DNA of 64,000 bases. It comes from Eledone cirrhosa. Taxonomy: Eukaryota. Below the pieces are notes generated by a model. That model ran no database searches. It was given only the letters and a program-made list of their open reading frames with translations, and was not told the origin of the DNA. Positions 28,152-43,034 of this stretch are shown piece by piece; the stretch's first letter is position 1; each line of letters begins with the position of its first letter. The stretch lies in assembly GCA_964016885.1 (NCBI GenBank), contig OZ024742.1:19902001-19966000 (forward strand). Direction: 5' to 3'. The position numbers and the translations under genes were made by a program.

Positions 28152-31100
28152 TGTTGTTGTTGTCATGTAGTAATTGTTGTTACTGTTGTTGTTGTTGTTG
28201 TCATGTAGTAATTGTTGTTACTGTTGTTGTTGTCATGTAGTAATTGTTGTTACTGTTGTTGTTGTCATGTAGTAATTGTTGTTACTGTTGTTGTTGTTGT
28301 CATGTAGTAATTGTTGTTACTGTTGTTGTTGTCATGTAGTAATTGTTGTTACTGTTGTTGTTGTCATGTAGTAATTGTTGTTACTATTGTTGTTGTCATG
28401 TAGTAATTGTTGTTACTGTTGTTGTTGTCATGTAGTAATTGTTGTTACTGTTGTTGTTGTTGTCATGTAGTAATTGTTGTTACTGTTGTTGTAGTTGTCA
28501 TGTAGTAATTGTTGTTACTGTTGTTGTTGTCATGTAGTAATTGTTGTTACTGTTGTTGTCATGTAGTAATTGTTGTTACTGTTGTTGTTGTCATGTAGTA
28601 ATTGTTGTTACTGTTGTTGTTGTTGTCATGTAGTAATTGTTGTTACTGTTGTTGTAGTTGTCATGTAGTAATTGTTGTTACTGTTGTTGTTGTCATGTAG
28701 TAATTGTTGTTACTGTTGTTGTCATGTAGTAATTGTTGTTACTGTTGTTGTTGTCATGTAGTAATTGTTGTTACTATTGTTGTTGTCATGTAGTAATTGT
28801 TGTTACTGTTGTTGTTGTTGTCATGTAGTAATTGTTGTTACTGTTGTTGTTGTTGTCATGTAGTAATTGTTGTTACTGTTGTTGTTGTCATGTAGTAATT
28901 GTTGTTACTATTGTTGTTGTCATGTAGTAATTGTTGTTACTGTTGTTGTCATGTAGTAATTGTTGTTACTGTTGTTGTCATGTAGTAATTGTTGTTACTG
29001 TTGTTGTTGTCATGTAGTAATTGTTGTTACTGTTGTTGTTGTTGTCATGTAGTAATTGTTGTTACTGTTGTTGTTGTCATGTAGTAATTGTTGTTACTAT
29101 TGTTGTTGTCATGTAGTAATTGTTGTTACTGTTGTTGTTGTCATGTAGTAATTGTTGTTACTGTTGTTGTTGTCATGTAGTAATTGTTGTTACTGTTGTT
29201 GTTGTCATGTAGTAATTGTTGTTACTGTTGTTGTTGTTGTCATGTAGTAATTGTTGTTACTGTTGTTGTTGTCATGTAGTAATTGTTGTTACTGTTGTTG
29301 TCATGTAGTAATTGTTGTTACTGTTGTTGTTGTCATGTAGTAATTGTTGTTACTGTTGTTGTTGTTGTCATGTAGTAATTGTTGTTACTGTTGTTGTAGT
29401 TGTCATGTAGTAATTGTTGTTACTGTTGTTGTTGTCATGTAGTAATTGTTGTTACTGTTGTTGTCATGTAGTAATTGTTGTTACTGTTGTTGTTGTCATG
29501 TAGTAATTGTTGTTACTGTTGTTGTTGTCATGTAGTAATTGTTGTTACTATTGTTGTTGTCATGTAGTAATTGTTGTTACTGTTGTTGTTGTTGTCATGT
29601 AGTAATTGTTGTTACTGTTGTTGTTGTCATGTAGTAATTGTTGTTACTGTTGTTGTTGTCATGTAGTAATTGTTGTTACTATTGTTGTTGTCATGTAGTA
29701 ATTGTTGTTACTGTTGTTGTCATGTAGTAATTGTTGTTACTGTTGTTGTCATGTAGTAATTGTTGTTACTGTTGTTGTTGTCATGTAGTAATTGTTGTTA
29801 CTGTTGTTGTTGTTGTCATGTAGTAATTGTTGTTACTGTTGTTGTTGTCATGTAGTAATTGTTGTTACTATTGTTGTTGTCATGTAGTAATTGTTGTTAC
29901 TGTTGTTGTTGTCATGTAGTAATTGTTGTTACTGTTGTTGTTGTCATGTAGTAATTGTTGTTACTGTTGTTGTTGTTGTCATGTAGTAATTGTTGTTACT
30001 GTTGTTGTTGTCATGTAGTAATTGTTGTTACTATTGTTGTTGTCATGTAGTAATTGTTGTTACTGTTGTTGTCATGTAGTAATTGTTGTTACTGTTGTTG
30101 TCATGTAGTAATTGTTGTTACTGTTGTTGTCATGTAGTAATTGTTGTTACTGTTGTTGTCATGTAGTAATTGTTGTTACTGTTGTTGTCATGTAGTAATT
30201 GTTGTTACTGTTGTTGTTGTCATGTAGTAATTGTTGTTACTATTGTTGTTGTCATGTAGTAATTGTTGTTACTGTTGTTGTCATGTAGTAATTGTTGTTA
30301 CTGTTGTTGTCATGTAGTAATTGATGTTACTGTTGTTGTCATGTAGTAATTGTTGTTACTGTTGTTGTCATGTAGTAATTGTTGTTACTGTTGTTGTCAT
30401 GTAGTAATTGTTGTTACTGTTGTTGTCATGTAGTAATTGTTGTTGTAGTTGTCATGTAGTAATTGTTGTTACTGTTGTTGTTGTTGTCATGTAGTAATTG
30501 TTGTTACTGTTGTTGTTGTTGTCATGTAGTAATTGTTGTTACTATTGTTGTTGTCATGTAGTAATTGTTGTTACTGTTTTTGTTGTTGTCATGTAGTAAT
30601 TGTTGTTACTGTTGTTGTTGTTGTCATGTAGTAATTGTTGTTACTGTTGTTGTTGTCATGTAGTAATTGTTGTTACTGTTGTTGTTGTCATGTAGTAATT
30701 GTTGTTACTATTGTTGTTGTCATGTAGTAATTGTTGTTACTGTTGTTGTCATGTAGTAATTGTTGTTACTGTTGTTGTCATGTAGTAATTGTTGTTACTG
30801 TTGTTGTCATGTAGTAATTGTTGTTACTGTTGTTGTCATGTAGTAATTGTTGTTACTGTTGTTGTCATGTAGTAATTGTTGTTGTAGTTGTCATGTAGTA
30901 ATTGTTGTTACTGTTGTTGTTGTCATGTAGTAATTGTGGTTACTGTTGTTGCTGTCATGTAGTAATTGTTGTTGTCATGTAGTAATTGTTGTTACTGTTG
31001 TTGTTGTTGTGGTCATGTAGTAATTGTTGTTACTGTTGTTGTTGTTGTTGTCATGTAGTAATTGTTGTTACTGTTGTTGTTGTTGTTGTTGTTGTTGTCA

Positions 31101-34100
31101 TGTAGTAATTGTTGTTACTGTTGTTGCTGTGGTTGTCATGTAGTAATTGTTGTTACTGTTGTTGTTGTTATCATGTAGTAATTGTTGTTACTGCTGTTGT
31201 TGTTGTCATGTAGTAATTGTTGTTACTGTTACTGTTGTTGTTGTCATGTAGTAATTGTTGTTACTGTTGTTGTTGTTATCATGTAGTAATCGTTGTTACT
31301 GTTGTTGTTGTTGTCATGTAGTAATTCTTGTTACTGTTGTTGTTGTTGTCATATAGTAATTGTTGTTACTGTTGTTGTTGTTGTTGTTGTTGTCATGTAG
31401 TAATTGTTGTTAATGTTGCTGTTGTTGTCATGTATTAATTGTTGTTACTGTTGTTGCTGTTGTTGTCATGTAGTAATTGTTGTTACTGTTGTTGCTGTTG
31501 TTGTCATGTAGTAATTGTTATTACTGTTGTTGCTGTTGTTGTCATGTAGTAATTGTTGTTACTGTTGTTGTTGTTGTTGTTGTCATGTAGTAATTTTTGT
31601 TACTGTTGTTGTTGTCATGTAGTAATTGTTGTTACTGTTGTTGTAGTTGTGATGTAGTAATTGTTGTTACTGTTGTTGTCATGTAGTAATTGTTGTTACT
31701 GTTGTTTTTGTCATGTAGTAATTGTTGTTGTTGTCATGTAGTAATTGTTGTTACTGTTGTTGTTGCTATGTAGTAATTGTTGTTACTGTTGTTGTTGTTG
31801 TCATGTAGTAATTGTTCTTACTGTTGTTGTTGTTGTTGTCATGTAGTAATTGTTGTTACTGTTGTTGTTGTTGTTGTTATCATGTAGTAATTGTTGTTAC
31901 TGTTGTTGTTGTTGTCATGTAGTAATTGTTGTTACTGTTGTTGTTGTTGTCATGTAGTAATTATTGTTACTGTTGTTGTTGTTATCATGTAGTAATTGTT
32001 GTTACTGTTGTTGTTGTTGTCATGTAGTAATTGTTGTTACTGTTGTTGTCATGTAGTAATTGTTGTTACTGTTGTTGTTGTTGTTGTTGTTGTCATGTAG
32101 TAATTGTTGTTAATGTTGCTGTTGTTGTCATGTATTAATTGTTGTTACTGTTGTTGCTGTTGTTGTCATGTAGTAATTGTTGTTACTGTTGTTGCTGTTG
32201 TTGTCATGTAGTAATTGTTGTTACTGTTGTTGCTGTTGTTGTCATGTAGTAATTGTTGTTACTGTTGTTGTTGTTGTTGTCATGTAGTAATTGTTGTTAC
32301 TGTTGCTGTTGTGTCATGTAGTAATTGTTGTTACTGTTGTTGTTGTTGTTGTCATGTAGTAATTGTTGTTACTGTTGTTGTAGTTGTCATGTAGTAATTG
32401 TTGTTACTGTTGTTGTTGTTGTCATGTAGTAATTGTTGTTACTGTTGCTGTTGTTGTCATGTAGTAATTGTTATTACTGTTGTTGCTGTTGTTGTCATGT
32501 AGTAATTGTTGTTACTGTTGTTGTTGTTGTTGTTGTCATGTAGTAATTTTTGTTACTGTTGTTGTTGTCATGTAGTAATTGTTGTTACTGTTGTTGTAGT
32601 TGTGATGTAGTAATTGTTGTTACTGTTGTTGTCATGTAGTAATTGTTGTTACTGTTGTTTTTGTCATGTAGTAATTGTTGTTGTTGTCATGTAGTAATTG
32701 TTGTTACTGTTGTTGTTGCTATGTAGTAATTGTTGTTACTGTTGTTGTTGTTGTCATGTAGTAATTGTTCTTACTGTTGTTGCTGTTGTTGTCATGTAGT
32801 AATTGATGTTACTGTTGTTGTTGTTATCATGTAGTAATTGTTGTTACTGTTGTTGTTGTTGTCATGTAGCAATTGTTGTTACTGTTGTTGTTGTTATCAT
32901 GTAGTAATTGTTGTTACTGTTGTTGCTGTTGTCATGTAGTAATTGTTGTTACTGTTGTTGTCATGTAGTAATTGTTGTTACTGTTGTTGTCGTTGTCATG
33001 TAGTAATTGTTGTTACTGTTGTTGTCATGTAGTAATTGTTGTTACTGTTGTTGTTGTTGTCATGTAGTAATTGTTGTTACTGTTGTTGTAGTTGTCATGT
33101 AGTAATTGTTGTTACTGTTGTTGTAGTTGTCATGTAGTGATTGTTGTTACTGTTGTTGTTGTTGTTGTCATGTAGTAATTGTTGTTACTGTTGTTGCTGT
33201 TGTTGTCATGTAGTAATTGTTGTTACTGGTGTTGTTGTTATCATGTAGTAATTGTTGTTACTCTTGTTGTTGTTGTCATGTAGTAATTGTTGTTACTGTT
33301 GTTGCTGTTGTTGTCATGTAGTAATTGTTGTTACTGTTGTTGTTGTTGTTGTCATTTAGTAATTGTTGTTACTGTTACTGTTGTTGTTGTCATGTAGTAA
33401 TTGTTGTTACTGTTGTTGCTGTTGTCACGTAGTAATTGTTGTTACTGTTGTTGTTATCATGTAGTAATTGTTGTTACTGTTGTTGTTGTTGTCATGTAGT
33501 AATTCTTGTTACTGTTGTTGTTGTTGTTGTCATGTAGTAATTCTTGTTACTGTTGTTTTTGTTATCATGTAGTAATTCTTGTTACTGTTGTTGTTGTCAT
33601 GTAATAATTGTTGTTACTGTTGTTGTTGTTGTCATGTAGTAATTGTTGTTACTGTTGTTGTTTTTGTCATGTAGTTATTGTTGTTACTGTTGTTGTTGTT
33701 GTTGTTGTCATGTAGTAATTGTTGTTACTGTTGTTGTTGTTGTCATGTAGTAATTGTTGTTACTGTTGTTGCTGTTGTTGTCATGTAGTAATTGTTGTTA
33801 CTGTTGTTGTTGTTGTCATGTAGTAATTGTTGTTACTGTTGTTGTTGTTGTTGTCATGTAGTAATTGTTGTTACTGTTGTTGTTGTTGTTGTTGTCATGT
33901 AGTAATTGTTGTTACTGTTGTTGTTGTTGTTGTCACGTAGTAATTGTTGTTACTGTTGTTGTAGTTGTCATGTAGTAATTGTTGTTACTGTTGTTGTTTT
34001 TGTCATGTAGTAATTGTTGTTACTGTTGCTGTTGTTGTCATGTAGTAATTGTTATTACTGTTGTTGCTGTTGTTGTCATGTAGTAATTGTTGTTACTGTT

Positions 34101-34530
34101 GTTGTTGTTGTGGTCATGTAGTAATTGTTGTTACTGTTGTTGTTGTCATGTAGTAATTGTTGTTACTGTTGTTGTTGTCATGTAGTAATTGTTGTTACTG
34201 TTGTTGTTGTTATGTAGTAATTGTTGTTGTTGTCATGTAGTAATTGTTGTTACTGTTGTTGTTGTTGTCTTGTAGTAATTGTTGTTACTGTTGTTGTTGT
34301 TGTCATGTAGTAATTGTTGTTACTGTTGTTGTTCTCATGTAGTAATTCTTGTTACTGTTGTTGTTGTTGTTGTCATGTAGTAATTGTTGTTAATGTTGTT
34401 GTCATGTAGTAATTGTTGTTACTGTTGTTGTTGTCGTTGTCATGTAGTAATTGTTGCTAATGTTGTTGTTGTTCTCATGTTGTTAATGTTGTTGTGGGAT
34501 TGTCATGCTGTTGTTGTCACGTGGTAGCTG
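28152..34530. repeat. Minisatellite gtcatgtagtaattgttgttact(gtt)n, unit about 29-44 bp
   Basis: About 6.4 kb of tandem repeat. Units differ mostly by whole GTT triplets. Confidence 0.98.
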
Positions 34531-34613
34531 TTACTTATGTTGTTGTTATTCTGGTTGTCATGTTACTGGACGAAAGGAATTCCTGCCATGACCATCCCAT
34601 CATATTATAAAAA

Positions 34614-37600
34614 TGGTGGTGTGGTGGTGGTGGCGGTGTGGTAGAATTGTGGTGGTGCGGTGGTGGTGGTCGTGGTGGTAGTGGTGGTCGTGGTGGTGTG
34701 GTAGTATGGTTGTAGTGGTGTGGTGGTGGTAGTGTTGGTAGTGGTGGTGGTGGTGATGTGATTGTATGGTGGTGTTGTGTTGGTGGTGGTGTGGTGCTGG
34801 TGCTGGTGGTGTGGTTGTATAGTGGTGGTGTGGTGGTGGTGGTGGTGGTGTGATAGTATGGTGGTGGTGGTGTGGTAGTATGGTGTTGATGGTGTGGTGG
34901 TAGTGGGGTGGTAGTATGGTTGTGGTGGTGTGGTGATGGTGGTGGTAGTGGTTGTAGTGGGGGTGGTGGTGGTGGTGTGGTGGTGGTGGTGTGGTAGTAT
35001 TGCTGTGGTAGTGTGGTGGGGGTGGTAGTGAATTGGTGTGGTGGTGGTGGTAGTATAGTGGTGGTAGTGTGGTAGTATGTTAGTGGTGTGGTGTGGTGGT
35101 GGTGGTAGTATAGTGGGGGTGGTGTGGTTGTATGATGGTGGTGTGGTGTGGTGGTGGTGGTAGTATAGTGGTGGTAGTGTGGTAGTATGATGGTGGTGTG
35201 GTGTAGTGGTGGTGGTAGTATAGTGGTGGTAGTGTGGTAGTATGGTGGTGCTGTGGTAGTGTGGTAGTGAGGTGGTGGTAGTGGTGTGGTAGTATATAGT
35301 GGTGGTGTGGTAGTATGGTGGTGGTAGTGGTGTGGTAGTATGTAGTGGTGGTGTGGTAGTGTGGTGGTGGTGTGGTAGTATGTAGTGGTGGTGTGGTAGT
35401 GTGGTGGTGGTGTGGTAGTATGTAGTGGTGGTGTGGTAGTGTGGTGGTGGTAGTGGTGTGGTAGTATGTAGTGATGGTGTGGTAGTAGTGTGGTGGTAGT
35501 GGTGTGGTAGTATGTAGTGGTGCTGTGGTAGTGTGATGGTGGTAGTGGTGTGGTAGTATGTAGTGGTGGTGTAGTAGTGTGGTGGTTGTAGTGGTGTGGT
35601 AGTATGTAGTGGTGGTGTGGTAGTGTGGTGGAGGTAGTCGTGCGGTAGTATGTGGTGGTGGTGGTAGTATGTCGTAGTGGTGTGGTAGTATGTAGTGGTG
35701 GTGTGGTGGTGGTAGTGGTGTTGTAGTATGTAGTGGTGGTGTGGTAGTATGGTGGTGGTGTGGTAGTATGTAGTGGTGGTGTGGTAGTGTGTTGGTGGTA
35801 GTTGTGTGGTAGTATGTAGTGGTGGTGTGGTAGTGTGATGGTGGTAGTGTGGTAGTGTGGTGGTGGTAGTGGTGTGGTAGTATGGAGTGGTGGTGTGGTA
35901 GTATGTAGTGGTGGTGTGGTAGTGTAATGGTGGTGGTGGTGTGGTAGTATGTAATGGTGGTGTGGTAGTGTGGTGGTGGTAGTGGTGTGGTAGTATGAAG
36001 TGGTGGTGTGGTAGTATGGTGGTGGTCGTGGTGTGGTAGTATGTAGTGGTGGTGTGGTAGTATGGTGGTGATAGTGGTGTGGTAGTATGTAGTGGTGGTG
36101 TGGTAGTATGGTGGTGGTAGTGGTGTGGTAATATGTGGTGCTAGTGTGGTAGTGTGATGGTGGTAGTGGTGTGGTAGTATGTAGTGGTGGTGTAGTAGTG
36201 TGGTGGTAGTAGTGGTGTGGTAGTATGAAGTGGTGGTGTGGTAGTATGGTGATGGTAGTGGTCTGGTAGTATGTGGTGCTGGTGGTAGTATGTAGTAGTG
36301 GTGTGGTAGTATGTAGTGGTAGTGTGGTAGTGTGGTGTTGGTAGTGGTGTGGTAGTATGTAGTGGTGGTGTGGTAGTGTGGTGGTGGTCGTGGTGTGGTA
36401 GCATGTAGTGGTGGTGTGGTAGTGTGGTGGTGGTAGTGGTGTGGTAGTATGTAGTGGTGGTGTGGTAGTGTGGTGGTGGTGTGGTAGTATGTAGTGGTGG
36501 TGTGGTAGTGTGGTGGTTGTAGTGGTGTGGTAGTATGGTGGTGGTAGTGGTGTGGTAGTATGGTGGTGGTAGTGGTGTGGTAGTATGTAGTGGTGGTGTG
36601 GTAGTATGTAGTGGTGGTGTGGTAGTGTGGTGGTGGTAGTTGTGTGGTAGTATGTAGTGGTGGTGTGGTAGTATGCAGTGGTGGTGTGATAGTGTGGTGG
36701 TGGTAGTGGTGTGGTAGTATGTAGTGGTTGTGTGGTAGTGTGGTGGTGGTATGGTAGTATGTAGTGGTGGTGTGGTAGTGTGGTGGTGCTAGTGGTGTGG
36801 TAGTATGTAGTGGTGGTGTGGTAGTATGGTGGTGATAGTGGTGTGGTAGTATGGAGTGGTGGTGTGGTAGTGTGGTGGTGGTAGTGGTGTGGTAGTATGC
36901 AGTGGTGGTGTGGTAGTGTGGTGGTGGTAGTGGTGTGGTAGTGTGGTGGTGGTAGTGGTGTGGTAATATGTAGTGGTGGTGTGGTAGTGTAGTAGTGTGG
37001 TGGTGGTAGTGGTGTGGTAGTATGGTGGTGGTAGTGGTGTGGTAGTATGTAGTGGTGGTGTGGTAGTGTGGTGGTGGTAGTTGTGTGGTAGTATGTAGTG
37101 GTGGTGTGGTAGTATGCAGTGGTGGTGTGGTAGTGTGGTGGTGGTAGTGGTGTGGTAGAATGTAGTGGTTGTGTGGTAGTGTGGTGGTGGTATGGTAGTA
37201 TGTAGTGGTGGTGTGGTAGTGTGGTGGTGGTAGTGGTGTCGTAGTATGTAGTGGTGGTGTGGTAGTATGGTGGTGATAGTGGTGTGGTAGTATGTAGTGG
37301 TGGTGTGGTAGTGTGGTGGTGGTGTGGTAGTATGTAGTGGTGGTGTGGTAGTGTGGTGGTGGTAGTGGTGTGGTAGTGTGGTGGTGGTAGTGGTGTGGTA
37401 ATATGTAGTGGTGGTGTGGTAGTGTAGTAGTGTGGTGGTGGTAGTGGTGTGGTAGTATGTAGTGGTGGTATGGTAGTATGTAGTGGTGGTGTGGTAGAGT
37501 GGTGGTGGTGTGGTAGTATGTAGTGGTGGTGTGGTAGTATGTAGTTGTTTTGTGGTAGCATGTACTGGTGGTGTGGTAGTGTGGTGGTGGTAGTGGTGTG

Positions 37601-38000
37601 GTAGTGTAGTGGTGGTAGTCGTGTGGTAGTATGTAGTGGTTGTGTAGTAGTATGTAGTGGTGGTGTGGTAGTTTGGTGGTGGTAGTGGTGTGGTAGTATG
37701 TAGTGGTGGTGTGGTAGTATGTAGTGGTGGTGTGGTAGTGTGGTGGTGGTAGTGGTGTGGTAGTCTGTAGTGGTGGTGTGGTAGTATGTAGTGGTGGTGT
37801 GGTAGTGTCGTGGTTGTAGTGGTGTGGTAGTATGTAGTGGTGGTGTGGTAGTATGTAGTGGTGGTAGTGGTGTGGTAGTATGTAGTGGTGGTGTAGTAGT
37901 ATGTAGTGGTGGTGTGGTAGTATGTAGTGGTGGTGTGGTAGTATGTAGTGGTGGTAGTGGTGTGGTAGTATGTAGTGGTGGTGTGGTAGTATGTGGTGGT
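34614..38000. repeat. GT-rich minisatellite (gtggtagtatgtagtggtggt and variants)
   Basis: Tandem repetition. Source of the spurious T/H/P ORFs. Confidence 0.97.
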
Positions 38001-38199
38001 TTTCCTTCCTTGAAATAAATATATTATTTTCATGATATAAACATGTGAAATCCATATTTCAGGATGTCGTAGTGAAGGTTTTCATTGGTGGAACATTGGT
38101 AGAACATTAATCTGCTAGGATATACTGAGTGGAGTGTAGGCTTAGAGGAAGAATGTGGCAGAAGGGGATGACTAGCAAGGTGTATGTCACATGTAAAGG

Positions 38200-40412
38200 A
38201 AAAGGAAGAAGGGCATGATAAGAGTGCATGCTACATGTAAATGAAGAGGATAATAAGAGTGTATGCTACATGTAAATGAAGAGGATAATACGAGTGTATG
38301 CTACATGTAAATGAAGAGGATAATACGAATGTATGCTACATGTAAATGAAGAGGCTAATACGAGTGTATGCTACATGTAAATGAAGAGGATAATACGAGT
38401 GTATGCTACATGTAAATGAAGAGGCTAATACGAGTGTATGCTACATGTAAATGAAGAGGCTAATACGAGTGTATGCTACATGTAAATGAAGAGGATAATA
38501 CGAGTGTATGCTACATGTAAATGAAGAGGATAATACAAGTGTATGCCACATGTAAATGAAGTGGCTAATACGAGTGTATGCTACATGTAAATGAAGAGGA
38601 TATTAGGAGTGTATGCCACATGTAAATGAAGAATATAATAAAAGTGTATGCTACATGTAAATGAAGAGGATAATACGAGTGTATGCTACATGTAAATGAA
38701 GAGGATAATACGAGTGTATGCCACATGTAAATGAAGAATATAATAAAAGTGTATGCTACATGTAAATGAAGAGGATAATACGAGTGTATGCTACATGTAA
38801 ATGAAGTGGATAATACGAGTGTATGCTGCATGTAAATGAAGAGGATAATAAGAGTGTATGCTACATGTAAATGAAGAGGCTAATACGAGTGTATGCTACA
38901 TGTAAATGAAGAGGATAATAAGAGTTTATGCTACATGTAAATGAAGAGGATAATACGAGTGTATGCTGCATGTAAATGAAGAGGATAATACGAGTGTATG
39001 CTACATGTAAATGAAGAGGCTAATACGAGTGTATGCTACATGTAAATGAAGAGGATAATACGAGTGTATGCTGCATGTAAATGAAGAGGATAATAAGAGT
39101 GTATGCTACATGTAAATGAAGAGGCTAATACGAGTGTATGCTACATGTAAATGAAGAGGCTAATACGAGTGTATGCTACATGTAAATGAAGAGGCTAATA
39201 CGAGTGTATGCTACATGTAAATGAAGAGGATAATAAGAGTGTATGCTACATGTAAATGAAGAGGATAATACGAGTGTATGCTGCATGTAAATGAAGAGGC
39301 TAATACGAGTGTATGCTACATGTAATGAAGAGGCTAATACGAGTGTATGCCACATGTAAATGAAGAATATAATAAAAGTGTATGCTACATGTAAATGAAG
39401 AGGATAATACGAGTGTATGCTACATGTAAATGAAGAGGATAATACGAGTGTATGCTACATGTAAATGAAGAGGCTAATACGAGTGTATGCTACATGTAAA
39501 TGAAGAGGATAATACGAGTGTATGCTGCATGTAAATGAAGAGGATAATAAGAGTGTATGCTACATGTAAATGAAGAGGCTAATACGAGTGTATGCTACAT
39601 GTAAATGAAGAGGATAATAAGACTGTATGCTACATGTAAATGAAGAGGATAATACGAGTGTATGCTACATGTAAATGAAGAGGATAATACGAGTGTATGC
39701 TACATGTAAATGAAGAGGCTAATACGAGTGTATGCTACATGTAAATGAAGAGGATAATACGAGTGTATGCTGCATGTAAATGAAGAGGATAATAAGAGTG
39801 TATGCTACATGTAAATGAAGAGGCTAATACGAGTGTATGCTACATGTAAAAGAAGAGGATAATAAGACTGTATGCTACATGTAAATGAAGAGGATAATAC
39901 GAGTGTATGCTACATGTAAATGAAGAGAATAATAAGACTGTATGCTACATGTAAATGAAGAGGATAATACGAGTGTATGCTACATGTAAATGAAGAGGAT
40001 AATACGAGTGTATGCTACATGTAAATGAAGGGGATAATAAGAGTGTATGCTACATGTAAATGAAGAGGCTAATACGAGTGTATGCTGCATGTAAATGAAG
40101 AGGCTAATACGAGTGTATGCTACATGTAAATGAAGAGGCTAATACGAGTGTATGCTACATGTAAATGAAGAGGATAATACGAGTGTATGCTACATGTAAA
40201 TGAAGAGGCTAATACGAGTGTATGCTACATGTAAATGAAGAGGATAATACGAGTGTATGCTGCATGTAAATGAAGAGGATAATAAGAGTGTATGCTACAT
40301 GTAAATGAAGAGGATAATACGAGTGTATGCTGCATGTAAATGAAGTGGATAATACGAGTGCATGCCACATGTAAAGGAGAAGAGGCGGATGATAACAGTG
40401 TATGCTACATGT
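38200..40412. repeat. 35-bp satellite gagtgtatgctacatgtaaatgaagaggataatac, about 60 copies
   Basis: Head-to-tail units with no spacers. Confidence 0.98.
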
Positions 40413-41587
40413 CAAGGAGGGGTAAACGGACCTAGTTTGACTGAAGTGGCCAGCCCGACACTAAAATGGCCTTCCTACATTAAACCTCTCCAAACATGTG
40501 GCTGTATGACAATATTGATAATATCATACGACAGTGGTAGACAGAATCGGTAGGGCATTGGATATAATGTTGTGTTTAAATTCCGCCCAAGTCAACTTTG
40601 TTTTTTTATCCATCCGGGGTCTATGGAATATTGCACCAATCATATAATGAAACCATAAGTCAGCTGACAGGTTTGACATCGATCAGTCCGCAGATCAATA
40701 ATATGTCAGCTGACAGATGAAACCAATCAAATGTTATATATTTTTTATCTTTAATAATAGAAATGTCTTTGTTATATGTGAGGCGGGTCAAGTTGTTCTA
40801 ATATTGCCGGAAATATTAGAACACTCTCACTGGGGTCGAATTCAATCAACTTTCCCCTTCCCTAAAATTGTTGGCCTTGTGCCTAAATCAGAAATCATTA
40901 TGGGCGGTGAATTGGTAGTATCGGTAGAGGGTCGGACGTTATGCTTTGTAGCACAGAGTTACGGCCCTTTATGGTCTGAGTTCAAATCCCGCCGAGGTTA
41001 GCTTTGCCTTTTATCCTTACGGGGTCGATAAAATAAAGTACCAGTAATACATTGAGATAATTGCTGGCCTTGTGCCAAAAGTAGAAACAATTATTAAGCT
41101 AGTGTTTGGAACATAACTTAATAAAGGTCCTTGCATAAAATTATGATGGAAGGTTTCTAGATAAATAGAAACCCTTTAAAATAAACAGCTTCGTATTGCA
41201 TAACCAGGGCCAATTTTAGGCGCTTTGCTAGCAAAGGGGTTAAAGCTGCAAAGATTCTTCAATGCGGTTCCAATTACTGTCTTTAATATTTACTATCGTT
41301 CTAGCTTACTGATATCATTGAGAAAGGCATGAATGTTATCTAATCCTCTTTACAAGCCATCTAAAACCCTTATAAATCTGAAACATTAGACCAAAGTAAG
41401 GAAACATTGTCAGCTGAATGAAAAGGTCTACGTGACTTTAGTCCATGATTCCGTTTTATGACGTCATCATCTTCAATCGAAAACAATTCCAGTCATATTT
41501 CTGTCTCCATTTACCATTATCAATATGTGGTTTTGTCGGCGTCGGGTCATTAAGAAGAACACTGACGTCCCTCTTCAGTCATTAACG

Positions 41588-41588
41588 T

Positions 41589-41656
<68 letters not shown>

Positions 41657-41659
41657 TTT

Positions 41660-41695
<36 letters not shown>

Positions 41696-41698
41696 TTT

Positions 41699-41734
<36 letters not shown>
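41588..41734. repeat. (GTA)n microsatellite
   Basis: Sequence. Confidence 0.97.
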
Positions 41735-42605
41735 CACTTAAAGATATTTCAGAAAATAAAGAAGTATATCACATCCGTTGCCATCAACATATTTAGATAT
41801 TAGTCACATCCTTTCTTCTTAAACATCTCATCTCTTCTTTTTCTTCCCCCGCCCTCTCTCCGTCGTCCTTCATTTATGATGACCACTTCACAATCTTATA
41901 AAATAAATCAAATACATGTTTCGTATATTTCTGATATTTCAAGAATTGTACGAAGGTTGTTGTTAAAATTCCCAAGTCTACCATGTCAATACAGGTTCCC
42001 AAATAATAGGAGGAATAAGCGTTGTAAGGGTAGACTAAGTAAGGTGGTTCAATAAGCGGAGTGGGGGTAGGATATGTAGGGTGGTTGAATAAGTGGACAG
42101 AGCGTTGGAATAAGTGGGGAGGGGGGGGGGATATCAGTAATTTTTCTAGGTTGTCTCTTGATATTTAAAAAAAACAACCAGAATTAGTCGTTTAGTTTAC
42201 ATATTGAGACCCACAACCCATCCTATTTTATAACATATAGGATTTCTAGTGATGTACCTTTTTTTATCAAGTATTTTTGTTTAATGTCTAAAGAAAATTA
42301 ATTGTTGCAGGAATGCTACCACTTAAAGTAAAGTTTCGCCGGAGATAGATTAGCAATATTTAATAAGCTGAGTTAGGGGACAATTATTCGAGACCCGAGA
42401 GTATTCCATGATTATTGGTAATCAACTGGTGACTATTGGCTCATAATCTATTATATCGTAATGGATCTCCGTCGGATTGATTATGAGTGTTATAGTTGTT
42501 TGATCAATAGAACAAGTGGATTCTGAAATCTACGACCAAGTGGTTGAGCATTTCACTTATACGTGTATTTATAACGTAATTCTCGGGGTAATTCAACATG
42601 TCACA

Positions 42606-42666
<61 letters not shown>

Positions 42667-42871
42667 CTGGCTTTTTGAATTACTGGTACAGTTCATCCAC
42701 GGGCTTCCAAACAGTTTCCGTCTTCCCAGTTTTACTCACGAGTCATGTGTCGATTCTAGGCAATGTTAAATGACCCTTAACCAAGATGTCACACTGTGAG
42801 ATTGAATCTGGGACCTAATGATTGAGAAGTAAACCTCTAAACAATTCTACCATGCTGCGTGTATCTCTGCA

Positions 42872-43034
42872 CAGTGTCGGATTTAGGACGAGGCTCTGTG
42901 CTAGTTAAGTTATGAGGCCCCTTACTCGTCAAAAATTCATCGTAAAACATTTTTTGGCAGGAAGATGGGCCCTGCCCTGGCTATCGGGGCCCTGTGCTTA
43001 ACCACATCTGAGCACAATGGTAAATCCGGCAATG
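42872..43034. mobile_element. hAT-like MITE
   Basis: TIR cagtgtcggattta / taaatccggcaatg with imperfect 8-bp TSD tctctgca / cctctgta. Confidence 0.65.

Noticed and set aside
34535-38055. ORFs of 1008, 991 and 414 aa rich in T/H/P/Y, resembling mucin or extensin
   Set aside because: They are open in several frames because the CA-rich satellite strand lacks stops. There is no unique domain or consistent frame.
38200-40412. 35-bp repeat of CRISPR-like length
   Set aside because: Units are head-to-tail with no unique spacers, there are no cas genes, and the context is eukaryotic.
40903-41000. tRNA-like A and B boxes
   Set aside because: These are SINE heads with no full cloverleaf, always followed by the SINE body.
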